Below, one piece after another: positions 26,996-36,053 of a stretch of 51,796 nt of DNA (positions within the stretch are counted from its first letter, which is position 1; each line of letters begins with the position of its first letter). The position numbers were made by a program, and so were the translations under genes. This DNA comes from a virus. The stretch lies in IMG/VR virus record IMGVR_UViG_3300036945_001058; one strand, 5' to 3'. Below the pieces are notes generated by a model. It was not told where the DNA came from. It ran no database searches and saw nothing but the letters and a program-made list of their open reading frames with translations.

Positions 26996-27231
26996 TGGAA
27001 TTTAAAACGAAAGAATACCCAGAAGGAGATGAAGTTGTAATTAACGGAATTATGGTTAATTACTCTCAAGAAAGCGAATTGTCAGAAGAAGATAATAATT
27101 TGAAATTATCAATTTGTCATCAAGGAGCAGGGTTTTATTTTGTAATGGAAACTACTCGTTGGGCTTTTGAGAATATTGCTGAATTAGACCAGCTTTTGAA
27201 CGATTTTAAATCTAAAGCGAATATTATTTAA
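26995..27231 (+). CDS. Hypothetical protein
   Basis: TAATG coupling to the upstream gene. Confidence 0.6.
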   Translation: MEFKTKEYPEGDEVVINGIMVNYSQESELSEEDNNLKLSICHQGAGFYFVMETTRWAFENIAELDQLLNDFKSKANII

Positions 27232-27288
27232 GGTTAGTGATAACGGTTATTAGAATAGCCAATTTGTAATTTTTTAAATTAATGTAAA

Positions 27289-27906
27289 ATGTTAAAAAAA
27301 GAAAAAACTATACGACAACTTGAGTGGGTTATATTTGGCGCAGGTGGTTTTGCTAGAGAAGTACAGGCTGAAGTAAAAAGGCAGTATGGCGATGTATTGA
27401 AAATGTATGTAGACGACCAATATTGGGTAGAAGGTCTTTTTAGAATTTCTGAATTCGACCCTGAAAATCAAGCGATGTTAATTGCGGTTGGAAAACCAGA
27501 CGACAAAAAAACTTTACTAGCTAAGTTACCCGAAAATACAAGGTTTTGGAATTACGTGTCTCCTAATGCCTATGTTGGAGACGTGAAAATGGGTACTGGT
27601 AATTTTATTTGTGCGGGGGTAATAATTACCACAAACGTAACGATTGGAAATCACGTTCATTTAAACCTACAAACTACGGTAGGACACGATTCGGTAATTG
27701 GCGATTTTTCAACTACTGCCCCAAGCGTAAATATTAGCGGAAACGTTACTATTGGAAGCGGAGTTTACTTAGGAACTAAATGTAGTATTAGAGAAAAAAT
27801 TTCTATTTGCGATGACGTTGTGATTGGTTTAAATTCAGGTGTCGTTAAAGATATAGTAGAGAGTGGTATTTACATCGGAACTCCTGCTACTAAACTAAAC
27901 AAATAA
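27289..27906 (+). CDS. Sugar N/O-acetyltransferase, NeuD/PglD/PerB family
   Basis: IFGAGGFARE, IAVG, TVGHD, hexapeptide repeats, GTPA. Confidence 0.9.
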   Translation: MLKKEKTIRQLEWVIFGAGGFAREVQAEVKRQYGDVLKMYVDDQYWVEGLFRISEFDPENQAMLIAVGKPDDKKTLLAKLPENTRFWNYVSPNAYVGDVKMGTGNFICAGVIITTNVTIGNHVHLNLQTTVGHDSVIGDFSTTAPSVNISGNVTIGSGVYLGTKCSIREKISICDDVVIGLNSGVVKDIVESGIYIGTPATKLNK

Positions 27907-28409
27907 TGATTATTCAGCAATTACAAAAAAAGGAAGTAAGACCCTGCAAAGATTATCAATTGCGGGTTTTATTTCTTGACCCAAAACCGATTTACGATAG
28001 AATTAAAGTTGACCATTTCAAAAGAATACAAAGCGTCTCGATTAGCAGTATTTTCCCCGAAAATGGAAATTTTTGCGGTTGTGGTTGTGGTGCTGAATTA
28101 AAAGGAAGAAGAAGACGATGGGCTACTGATAGTTGTAAATTTTTTGCTCAAGCGGTCTGTGCAATAATAAACGGACACTCTGAAATCATTTCCAGTTATT
28201 TAAGCCTGTATCACGGAGCGGTTGCTTGCGTTGAATGTGGGCTAACAGATGCCTACAAAGAATATTGTAACGGATTATGCGTTAGTTCTATCCACAAAGA
28301 CCATATAACACCTGTGTACAAAGGAGGAGGTGGCTGTTGGTTGTCTAACTATCAATATCTTTGCGATACCTGCCATAAACAAAAAACAAAAACCGATTTA
28401 AAAAAGTAA
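27906..28409 (+). CDS. HNH endonuclease
   Basis: CGCGCG, CVEC, DHITPVYKGGG...NYQYLCDTCH. Confidence 0.85.
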   Translation: MIIQQLQKKEVRPCKDYQLRVLFLDPKPIYDRIKVDHFKRIQSVSISSIFPENGNFCGCGCGAELKGRRRRWATDSCKFFAQAVCAIINGHSEIISSYLSLYHGAVACVECGLTDAYKEYCNGLCVSSIHKDHITPVYKGGGGCWLSNYQYLCDTCHKQKTKTDLKK

Positions 28410-28413
28410 AAAA

Positions 28414-29061
28414 ATGAATTTAAAACCAACACAGAAATCATTAGATATGGTGATGCAAATTGCATCTAACGTAGCTACATTCCACCACCATTTCCACATA
28501 CTATTTGATATAGCGGAAACCTTTGGAGAAGAAAAAATAAATTATGTTGAAATCGGTGCTTACGCTGGGGCTAGTTCTTGCTTGATGCTACAAAGACCAA
28601 ACACAACTATTATCAGTATTGACTTAGGAGAACCAATATCAAAAGGTGTTGTTTTAGAAAATATAATTAATTATAAAAACAATAATAATTATTATAAATA
28701 TATACAAGGAAATTCACAGGTTATTGAAACTAAAAACCAAGTTGTATCTATTTTAAGCAACTCAAGAGTTTTAGGTTATGGCAATAAGATACATATTCTA
28801 TTTATAGATGGCGACCATTCTTTAAATGGAGTTGTTGCCGACTTCAATATGTACGCTAATTTAGTTAAAATTGGGGGCTACATTGTGTTTGATGATTATC
28901 GTGACAACTTACACAGCCCAGATGTTAAAAAAGCACTAGACGAAATTATCTTACCAAACCTTGTTGATTATGAAATAATAGGTACTTTGACAAATAATTT
29001 ATGTGCTTATCCAAGCGAACTTAAAGAGGGGAATTGTTTTGTTATCAAAAGAATAAACTAA
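28414..29061 (+). CDS. Class I SAM methyltransferase (Methyltransf_24-like)
   Basis: VEIGAYAGAS, FIDGDHS, GGYIVFDD. Confidence 0.88.
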   Translation: MNLKPTQKSLDMVMQIASNVATFHHHFHILFDIAETFGEEKINYVEIGAYAGASSCLMLQRPNTTIISIDLGEPISKGVVLENIINYKNNNNYYKYIQGNSQVIETKNQVVSILSNSRVLGYGNKIHILFIDGDHSLNGVVADFNMYANLVKIGGYIVFDDYRDNLHSPDVKKALDEIILPNLVDYEIIGTLTNNLCAYPSELKEGNCFVIKRIN

Positions 29062-29768
29062 TGACGTTAGGAGTAACAATACACACATACCAAAGAGCAG
29101 ACGGTCAAACACCTTACTTGCTATTAAGAGCTATACAAAGTGTTGCAAACCAGTCGTACCAAAACTTTAAAATTTTTATAGTTGGCGATAAATACGAAGA
29201 CAACTCCGAGTTTGAAGATGTTATAAATGGCTTCATTGAAATTTCCGAGAAGATAGTTTACGAGAACCTATCGTTTGCTCACGAGCGAGATAAGTATTTA
29301 GGGGTAAATAACACTGCTCTTTGGAATTGCGGTGGAGCAAATGCCTTAAATCACGCTAATAATTTAGCTAAGATTCAAGGTATTACAAAGGTTTGCCATT
29401 TAGACCACGATGATGTTTTTTTGCCAAAGCATTTAGAGTTAATTGCCAAAGCAATTATAGAAAAAAACAACCCTCCATTCATTCATACTTTAAGTCAATA
29501 CGTAAACCATTCTGTATTTCCTGAAATGATAATTGACGGACAAGTGGTAGAACATTATCCAGAATACTGCCGTTTGATTCATAGTTCGGTTTATATGGAT
29601 TTAGAGCAAGTATATTTACCTTACAGAGATGTGTGGGCTGAAGAAGGTAGGTATTTTCCAAGTGACGGAGATATGTGGGAAAGAATCAGGGAAAAATGTA
29701 CAGCAGAGAAATTAAAATGCTATGTTATCAGAGAGGTAACTTGTATTCACGAAAAAGAAAATTATTAA
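29061..29768 (+). CDS. Glycosyltransferase family 2
   Basis: AIQSVANQSY, VGD, HLDHDD, IHSS; TAATG coupling supports start 29061. Confidence 0.85.
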   Translation: MTLGVTIHTYQRADGQTPYLLLRAIQSVANQSYQNFKIFIVGDKYEDNSEFEDVINGFIEISEKIVYENLSFAHERDKYLGVNNTALWNCGGANALNHANNLAKIQGITKVCHLDHDDVFLPKHLELIAKAIIEKNNPPFIHTLSQYVNHSVFPEMIIDGQVVEHYPEYCRLIHSSVYMDLEQVYLPYRDVWAEEGRYFPSDGDMWERIREKCTAEKLKCYVIREVTCIHEKENY

Positions 29769-29777
29769 AACTATTAT

Positions 29778-29951
29778 ATGGGAAAAATGTTTACTGAAAA
29801 TGGAATTGAAGTTACTAAAAGAATTCAATTGGGTAAAACAAAATTTTTTGAAAAAAGAGAAGACGCTAAGAAATTAACTGAAATGATAGGATATTATTAC
29901 CCTGTTTTTGACGCTACAAAAAATGTAATCGGGTACGGAGTACCTAAATAA
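29778..29951 (+). CDS. Small hypothetical protein (57 aa; not in the ORF track)
   Basis: Open frame MGKMFTENG...GYGVPK filling the intergenic gap. Confidence 0.5.
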   Translation: MGKMFTENGIEVTKRIQLGKTKFFEKREDAKKLTEMIGYYYPVFDATKNVIGYGVPK

Positions 29952-29967
29952 AAATTAATCTAAAAAA

Positions 29968-30294
29968 ATGGAAAAAACACACACTATTATTTATGGGGCA
30001 TCTGACGATTTAGTTCAAATAGACGGTCAGATACAAAGGGAATATTGTAATTACACACTTGCTCAAAGAGGTGTTCCTTTCGAGTGTTCTGACGAAACAA
30101 AAGGTACTATCACATACGATGGTGATTGGCTAATCAAAATTGAAAATCAAGGAAGCTTGTTTCAAGAATTAAGACCAAATGTAGGAGATAACGGCAAGCA
30201 CAAAGATTTAGCTTTTAAATGCACTTCTTACAGTGATGTGTTAATTTTGAAAGATGGAATTTTATGGATAAAAATCAATGGTCGTAAAATTTAA
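29968..30294 (+). CDS. Conserved-looking phage hypothetical protein
   Basis: IYGASDDL...YSD. Confidence 0.65.
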   Translation: MEKTHTIIYGASDDLVQIDGQIQREYCNYTLAQRGVPFECSDETKGTITYDGDWLIKIENQGSLFQELRPNVGDNGKHKDLAFKCTSYSDVLILKDGILWIKINGRKI

Positions 30295-30299
30295 ATTAT

Positions 30300-30307
30300 T
30301 ATATTTG
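30300..30307 (+). promoter_or_regulatory. -7 promoter element
   Basis: TATATTTG followed by TACCAA as in other promoters of this window. Confidence 0.55.
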
Positions 30308-30335
30308 TACCAAGAAACTTTTTAACAACAACAAA

Positions 30336-30626
30336 ATGGAACAAAACTTCAAAAAAGTAGAGGCTAAATTCAAGTTCTCTAAAAATTATATTGACATAAC
30401 TGGAAAAGAACAAAAGGTTACTGTTGATTTAATGATTTACTACCAAAACAAAAATTTTAGCATTACTCCACAAGAACACCCATCAGGGAAATTTATATTT
30501 TGTATGGGCGATGCTAGTTCTGTTTTTATGTGGAATGCCGTATTAGAAGCAATTAAAAACGCAAATTATTTCGCTTGTAAAGAATTAGGACTTTTATTAA
30601 CCAATGAAACAAAAAATTATGATTGA
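30336..30626 (+). CDS. Hypothetical protein
   Basis: ORF track. Confidence 0.6.
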   Translation: MEQNFKKVEAKFKFSKNYIDITGKEQKVTVDLMIYYQNKNFSITPQEHPSGKFIFCMGDASSVFMWNAVLEAIKNANYFACKELGLLLTNETKNYD

Positions 30627-30999
30627 AACTATTAAATCAACGCCTTCTTTAGAAGTGTTGAAGATTGCGAAGACTTGTCATCAAGCGAAAAAAGCTTGGT
30701 TCGATTCAAATGGGTATGAAATTCACGAAGACTGGGATGAATTAGATTGGTTGAACAGCAACCAACGTCAAAATACTATAGCTGAAGTAAATTTTAGATT
30801 GGAAAACCCAAATTCAGGATATGACGCACAGCACAATGCTTGGTTGGAAGAAAAGAAAAAAGAAGGTTGGATTTATGGAGATGTGATGGACAGAGAAGCA
30901 AAAACATATCCTTTCATAGTGCCTTTCGAGGAACTTCCTGAATTTCAAAAGAAAAAATACGCTCTTTTCTGTGCGATTGTTGATGCTTTAAAAGATTAA
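30604..30999 (+). CDS. RyR-domain phage protein
   Basis: HNAWLEEKKKEGWIYG..D...KT.P.IVPFEELPE. Confidence 0.8.
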   Translation: MKQKIMIETIKSTPSLEVLKIAKTCHQAKKAWFDSNGYEIHEDWDELDWLNSNQRQNTIAEVNFRLENPNSGYDAQHNAWLEEKKKEGWIYGDVMDREAKTYPFIVPFEELPEFQKKKYALFCAIVDALKD

Positions 31000-31171
31000 A
31001 AATAAAAAACCAAAATAAAAATGGAAGACTTAATTAGAAAGATAGAAATTCACGTTAAAACCACAGAGGAATGTATGGATAACACATTATTTTCTGAATA
31101 TGTTTGTGAACTGTTAAAAGCAGATAATAAATTGTTTAATGAAATTATTGAAAAATTAAAAAATAAATAAG

Positions 31172-32446
31172 ATGGCTACAAAACCACAAAAAATTACCAA
31201 CCTACTATTCTTCGGAGATTTCGGATGTACAACAGGCTTTGGAAACGTATCGAAAGAACTTATTAATAATTGGGCGAAAGATAAAAATTTACGTATAGTA
31301 GTTTTTGCAATTAACAACCACAAGACAGAGCCTTATGACTATTTACCAAACGTAAAAGTAATACCTGCAATGTCTTCTGTTCTTCCCGAAGAAGAAAAAG
31401 GCGATGTTTATTGTAGAATACAATTTTTAAGACTTTTGATGCACAATGATTTTGATGTTGTTTTTTGTTTAAATGACATTGAGATTTTTAACGAAATGGA
31501 CGAACATTTAAGAAATGTTAGAAACGAAAAGAGAAAGCTAAATAAGCCGAATTTTAAGTCTATTGTTTATTTCCCTATTGACAGCGAGCCTAGACCAGTA
31601 GATTTGAAGATATTTGACTTTTTTGACGAAGTTATTACTTATACGGAATACGCTAAAAATGTATTAGTACCACTAACAAGTCCTTCTAATGCGAAAAGAA
31701 TAAGGGTAATTCCTCACGGATGTAATACTAAAGATTTCTACCCACTTTCCGAAGAAGAAAAATTAAAGGCAAAATTAGAGATTGTAGGAGAAGGCAATGA
31801 AGAAACTTTTTTGTTTGGAACTGTAAATAGAAATTCAGCAAGAAAAGACTTGGGAAGTTTGATTTTAGGTTTTTCTACATTTAAACGGAATTCTCAACCC
31901 AACGCAGTGCTTTACTTGCATTGTAACCCTTTAGACCCATCTGGGATTAATATTTACAGACTATGCGAACGTTTAGGAATGGTTATAGGTAAAGATATTC
32001 TTTTACCTAAAAATTTCAACGAAAATAACGGTTATGATACAGAAGGTTTAAATAGAATATACAATGCTTTTGATTGTTTTATCACAACTACTACTGCGGA
32101 GGGTTATGGATTAACTATTACCGAAGCTATGGCTACCAAAACCTTAGTAGTTGCGCCACAACACACCTCGTTACGTGAGATTACAGATTTTGGAAACAAT
32201 TCTATTTCTTTTATGTTTAATCAGGCAAATGTTTTTGTAAACGACTTTGAAAAAATCCGTTTTACAACAAACCCACACGAAGTTACTAATCTACTTGGAA
32301 TAGTCTACAATTTAAAAAACGATGAAGAAGAAGTACGTCAAGTTGCCCAAGACAAAATTGAACGTGCTTACAAAAAGGTAAAGAGTATGGATTGGAGCGT
32401 TATAGCTAAACAGTTCAAAGAAAAAATCGACAAATTAGGAAAGTAA
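31172..32446 (+). CDS. Glycosyltransferase family 4 (GT-B)
   Basis: TGFGNV, IPHG, VNRNSARK, EGYGLTITEAMA. Confidence 0.9.
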   Translation: MATKPQKITNLLFFGDFGCTTGFGNVSKELINNWAKDKNLRIVVFAINNHKTEPYDYLPNVKVIPAMSSVLPEEEKGDVYCRIQFLRLLMHNDFDVVFCLNDIEIFNEMDEHLRNVRNEKRKLNKPNFKSIVYFPIDSEPRPVDLKIFDFFDEVITYTEYAKNVLVPLTSPSNAKRIRVIPHGCNTKDFYPLSEEEKLKAKLEIVGEGNEETFLFGTVNRNSARKDLGSLILGFSTFKRNSQPNAVLYLHCNPLDPSGINIYRLCERLGMVIGKDILLPKNFNENNGYDTEGLNRIYNAFDCFITTTTAEGYGLTITEAMATKTLVVAPQHTSLREITDFGNNSISFMFNQANVFVNDFEKIRFTTNPHEVTNLLGIVYNLKNDEEEVRQVAQDKIERAYKKVKSMDWSVIAKQFKEKIDKLGK

Positions 32447-32513
32447 AAAAAACCTGCGGTAATGGCAAGTAGGGAGGCTCTGTGAAAAATGTATACAAAG
32501 TAACAGAGTCTCA

Positions 32514-33002
32514 ATGGCTGAATATAATAAAAATTCAATCACGGTTATGATTTACACTTGCGGAACATTTTTATTTTCAAATGATAACAAGTTGTTGATT
32601 TGCCATCCCACTAATGCGCCAAAACTCGGAAACGTTTATTCAATTCCTAAAGGAATATGTGGTGCTAATGAATCGTTTTTGGATGCCACTATCAGGGAAG
32701 TGGCAGAAGAGACAGGATTAAAATTAGATACAACCGATATGTTATTTATAGGGTATTCTAAATATAGAAAAAACAAGAAAACATTAGTAGCTTTTTTGTG
32801 TAAATTAAAAAATAATAGTTATGAATTAAATCTAAAATGCAGTTCAAAGTTTAAATTACTCACTATTGAATTGCCTGAAATCGATGAGTTTAAATGGATT
32901 GATTTTGAGGAAATAGACGATTTTTTACATTATTCACAATTGAAATTTAAAGAGGTAATTATGAAAATTAAAAAACAAAATAAAATAGACAAAATTGACT
33001 AA
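32514..33002 (+). CDS. NUDIX hydrolase
   Basis: PKG...E...ATIREVAEETG Nudix box; PEIDEFKW. Confidence 0.88.
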   Translation: MAEYNKNSITVMIYTCGTFLFSNDNKLLICHPTNAPKLGNVYSIPKGICGANESFLDATIREVAEETGLKLDTTDMLFIGYSKYRKNKKTLVAFLCKLKNNSYELNLKCSSKFKLLTIELPEIDEFKWIDFEEIDDFLHYSQLKFKEVIMKIKKQNKIDKID

Positions 33003-33385
33003 ATAAAAACTCGAATTAAACATAATAGAATAATGATTATCAAAAAGACATTAAAAAAAGAAATCTTAACAACCGAATTTAAGCATTAATTTAAAATTAT
33101 AATTTCAAAAAATATGAGAAGCGAAAAAATAGAAGAATCAATTCAAGAATTAAAAAAAATTAAGTTTTTCAAAAAATAATTTTTCAAGAATTAAAAAAAT
33201 GCTTTTAGAAATAGAAAATTCTAATGGAGCAATTCTTTTTTTATTAAAGAAGAAGCTTTTCAATTTAAAAGAAAAAAAAGCATACTACAATAAATTGAAA
33301 AACGAAATTATCTCTTTAAAAGAGGAAAAAGATAACTATCAGAAGGATTAAAACACCCAATTAAAGTTAATAATTAAATACACTT

Positions 33386-33700
33386 ATGAAGAATTTAGTA
33401 GCAGGACACACTTACGAGTTGTCAAATTTTGAAAACAAAGACGAAAAAGGACAAGTGTTGCAATTCATCCACAAAGAGCCAATTGAAGAAGGTTCTACAG
33501 AATTAAAAACTATTTCTGATGGTACAACAAATGAAGAAGTTTTAGAAGTGTTGATTAATCGAATGAATTTTTTAAATGGAAAATTTCCTTGTAGAGAAAA
33601 TTCAATTGTAATTACACATTTAGAAACTGCTTTGTTATGGTTAGAGAAAAGAACTAACGATAGAATTAAGCGAAATGTAGAAGGAAAGAACGAAAAGTAA
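33386..33700 (+). CDS. tad1: Tad1-family anti-Thoeris cyclic-nucleotide sponge
   Basis: GTTNEEVLEVLINRM...FPCRENSIVITHLETALLWLEKRTNDRIKRNVEG matches the recalled Tad1 core (DRL..F..REN..A.TH.EEAL.W...R..DRI.RNV.G). Confidence 0.8.
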   Translation: MKNLVAGHTYELSNFENKDEKGQVLQFIHKEPIEEGSTELKTISDGTTNEEVLEVLINRMNFLNGKFPCRENSIVITHLETALLWLEKRTNDRIKRNVEGKNEK

Positions 33701-33782
33701 TTTTCAAGTTACGGTTTGGCGGTAAATTTTGATTACTACCGCCATATCCGCTAACTGTTAATTTAAAAACATAACTATAATT

Positions 33783-34268
33783 ATGCTATGTAAAAAAACA
33801 TCCTATAGTTCAGAATTTTTTGCGTTACAGCACATTGAAATAATATCTAATAAAAGTCGAAGACCAACAAGCCTTAAAAGCGCATATTTATGTAAAAAAT
33901 GCAATACTTGGCATATTACAAAACAAGAAAACACAAAATATCTAAGAGAAGAATTAGAAAAAACAAAAGAGCTTTTAAAATCAAGAGAAAATGAACTTTT
34001 TAAATTAAAAATAAAAGAAAAAAATATTGAAAATGGCAGAAACAATTCGTCTGGAACAAATAGCTTTCAAATAAAAATTTTGCTTTTGGAAAAAGAACTG
34101 ATTGCAGTAAAAGCTAAGTCCGCTACAAATGGAAAGAAGTTTAATGATGTTTCTGTGAAATTAAATACAGTTAAAAACATAGTTAATAAAGCCATAAAAA
34201 ATAAGTTTTCTTTAGAAGAACTAATCATAAAAATACAAGAAGAATTAAAAACCCGATTGCAGGGTTAA
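33783..34268 (+). CDS. Zinc-finger plus coiled-coil hypothetical protein
   Basis: CKK...AYLCKKCNTWHIT. Confidence 0.7.
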   Translation: MLCKKTSYSSEFFALQHIEIISNKSRRPTSLKSAYLCKKCNTWHITKQENTKYLREELEKTKELLKSRENELFKLKIKEKNIENGRNNSSGTNSFQIKILLLEKELIAVKAKSATNGKKFNDVSVKLNTVKNIVNKAIKNKFSLEELIIKIQEELKTRLQG

Positions 34269-34282
34269 GTGCTATTATAATT

Positions 34283-35311
34283 ATGAAAAACACCACATTA
34301 GGTCAACCTTATATTATTTGCGTTGAAAACAATACGTCAAAGGTATTACGAAATATAGAGTTATTTGGCTCTTACAATTTTTTAAGTACAAATCTATTTG
34401 ATAAAGATGACAATTTAATAAATCGAGGTATAAAGATAAGTTCTTGTAGGGAAGGATTGAGTTACAAGAGAATACTTTACGGATTAAGTATGGACAACTT
34501 CAAAGTTAATTTAACTTATATACAAACACGAAATAAAAAGCAAATATTTCATCCATTGAAAGTTGTTAATAAAATGATTTGTGGGAATTTATCAGAAAAG
34601 ACCTTGATAGTCTGTAAAAACCCCCATCAAACACAATGTAATATACTTTGTGTACAATCTGATTATGAAATTGATGGTTTAACTACTGTTGTTATTCCAA
34701 TTTTAGAACCAAAAACAATTGTAAGTTATTACTTTTATCCTGACGTTTTAGCTCTTAGTAAATTAAAAAAAGAGAATTTTGTGATTAGAGTTTTTAAGCC
34801 TATTTTTAATTATTTCAAGAAAAAAGAAGTTGTTAAAGTCAAAAGTAAGCCATATACTATTGAGGTTAGTAACGATACCGATGAAGTTAAAAATGATTTT
34901 TCAATATTTGGGTCTTATAAAAACGCAAAGCCTATTGGCAATAAATTGTTTAATAAACATAATGAACTTGTTCAAGACGGAATTGTAATAAGGTCTTTAA
35001 CCCCTAATATTTCGTATAGAGAAATGCTTCATTATGTTATTAATAATCCATTAAAAGTAGGATTCAATCATATTAGATTAGTTGACGGAGATAAAAATCA
35101 GATTTTAAGTGAAGTTAAAATTAGGACATCAGACGCAAATGGAAATATTTTTGAAAAAACCATATATCCACATATTGACCCATATCAACATCAAATTGAT
35201 TGCATTTCAGATAATAGAAAATTTATAATTGACGGATTTACTGAATTTATAATTAGCGAACTAAAACCAAGAACGACTAGTGTTTATCAGTTTTATCCAA
35301 AATACGAATAA
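34283..35311 (+). CDS. Protein with a tandemly duplicated ~150-aa domain
   Basis: QPYIICVEN..LFGSY..GIKI..SY..NPHQTQ..IDG..YFYP versus KPYTIEVSN..IFGSY..GIVI..SY..DPYQHQ..IDG..QFYP. Confidence 0.75.
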   Translation: MKNTTLGQPYIICVENNTSKVLRNIELFGSYNFLSTNLFDKDDNLINRGIKISSCREGLSYKRILYGLSMDNFKVNLTYIQTRNKKQIFHPLKVVNKMICGNLSEKTLIVCKNPHQTQCNILCVQSDYEIDGLTTVVIPILEPKTIVSYYFYPDVLALSKLKKENFVIRVFKPIFNYFKKKEVVKVKSKPYTIEVSNDTDEVKNDFSIFGSYKNAKPIGNKLFNKHNELVQDGIVIRSLTPNISYREMLHYVINNPLKVGFNHIRLVDGDKNQILSEVKIRTSDANGNIFEKTIYPHIDPYQHQIDCISDNRKFIIDGFTEFIISELKPRTTSVYQFYPKYE

Positions 35312-35360
35312 GTTAATAAAAATTAGAAACCCAATTGCAAGGTTAAGTGCTACATAAATT

Positions 35361-35552
35361 ATGGAAACAGCAGAAAATTTAAAAGTATTAGAAACTCTAA
35401 TTCAAGGGTTACAACTTTTAAAAAAAGACCTACCGCCTAATAACATTAAAACAGAACAAGAAACAGCAATGTATCTAGCTGGAATCAACAACTCTATTTT
35501 TTTAGCAAATCAATTATTAGAAAACAACGGGGAGTTTTTAAAGTTTATGTAA
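35361..35552 (+). CDS. Small hypothetical protein
   Basis: Bracketed by repeat copies 2 and 3. Confidence 0.55.
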   Translation: METAENLKVLETLIQGLQLLKKDLPPNNIKTEQETAMYLAGINNSIFLANQLLENNGEFLKFM

Positions 35553-35688
35553 ATAAAATAAAACAACCAATAAACCGATTGCAAAGTTAAGTACTGAAAA
35601 TATTGTGGAAATAATCGTAAATTACAAACCTGACAAACACGGTAAAATTGTGTATTATTAAATAATTTAAAAATATATTGGAAAATAT

Positions 35689-35729
35689 TTTTTAGTACCA
35701 AAATACTTTGTATATTTGTACCAATAAAT
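35689..35729 (+). promoter_or_regulatory. Promoter, copy 1 of a duplicated ~41-bp promoter
   Basis: TTTTTAGTACCAAAATACTTTGTATATTTGTACCAATAAAT. Confidence 0.7.
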
Positions 35730-35919
35730 GTTTAACCAAAAAAAGACAATGGGAATCAAGTTTTTAATTATCATAGTAGTATTTAATTTATTATGGATGT
35801 CTTATGGATTTAAAATGTATCTAAACGGATATAATTTTAAAGAAGATAAAATAATAGCCACAATTATGTGGTTGTTCTTGTTGTTTGGAATTGTAAATTT
35901 AATCTATCTAATTTCTTAA
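35728..35919 (+). CDS. Two-TM small membrane protein
   Basis: Two hydrophobic helices; true start may be the second Met. Confidence 0.6.
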   Translation: MFNQKKTMGIKFLIIIVVFNLLWMSYGFKMYLNGYNFKEDKIIATIMWLFLLFGIVNLIYLIS

Positions 35920-35963
35920 AAAAGCGTTTAAAAATAAAAAAATAAAAATTTATTAATAAAAGT

Positions 35964-36004
35964 TTTTTAGTACCAAAATACTTTATATATTTGTATCAAT
36001 AAAT
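35964..36004 (+). promoter_or_regulatory. Promoter, copy 2
   Basis: TTTTTAGTACCAAAATACTTTATATATTTGTATCAATAAAT. Confidence 0.7.
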
Positions 36005-36053
36005 CATTTAAAAATAACAAAAAATTAAACTTAAAAAAAAAAAAACAAAAAAA

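Larger units (their letters stand above)
34249..35595 (+). repeat. Three dispersed ~26-bp direct repeats at gene boundaries
   Basis: AAACCCGATTGCAGGGTTAAGTGCTA (34249), AAACCCAATTGCAAGGTTAAGTGCTA (35327), AAACCGATTGCAAAGTTAAGTACT (35572). Confidence 0.8.

Noticed and set aside
33114-33350. Short duplication TTCAAGAATTAAAAAAA and a broken ORF
   Set aside because: Probably a small pseudogene or low-complexity artefact; too little information to call.
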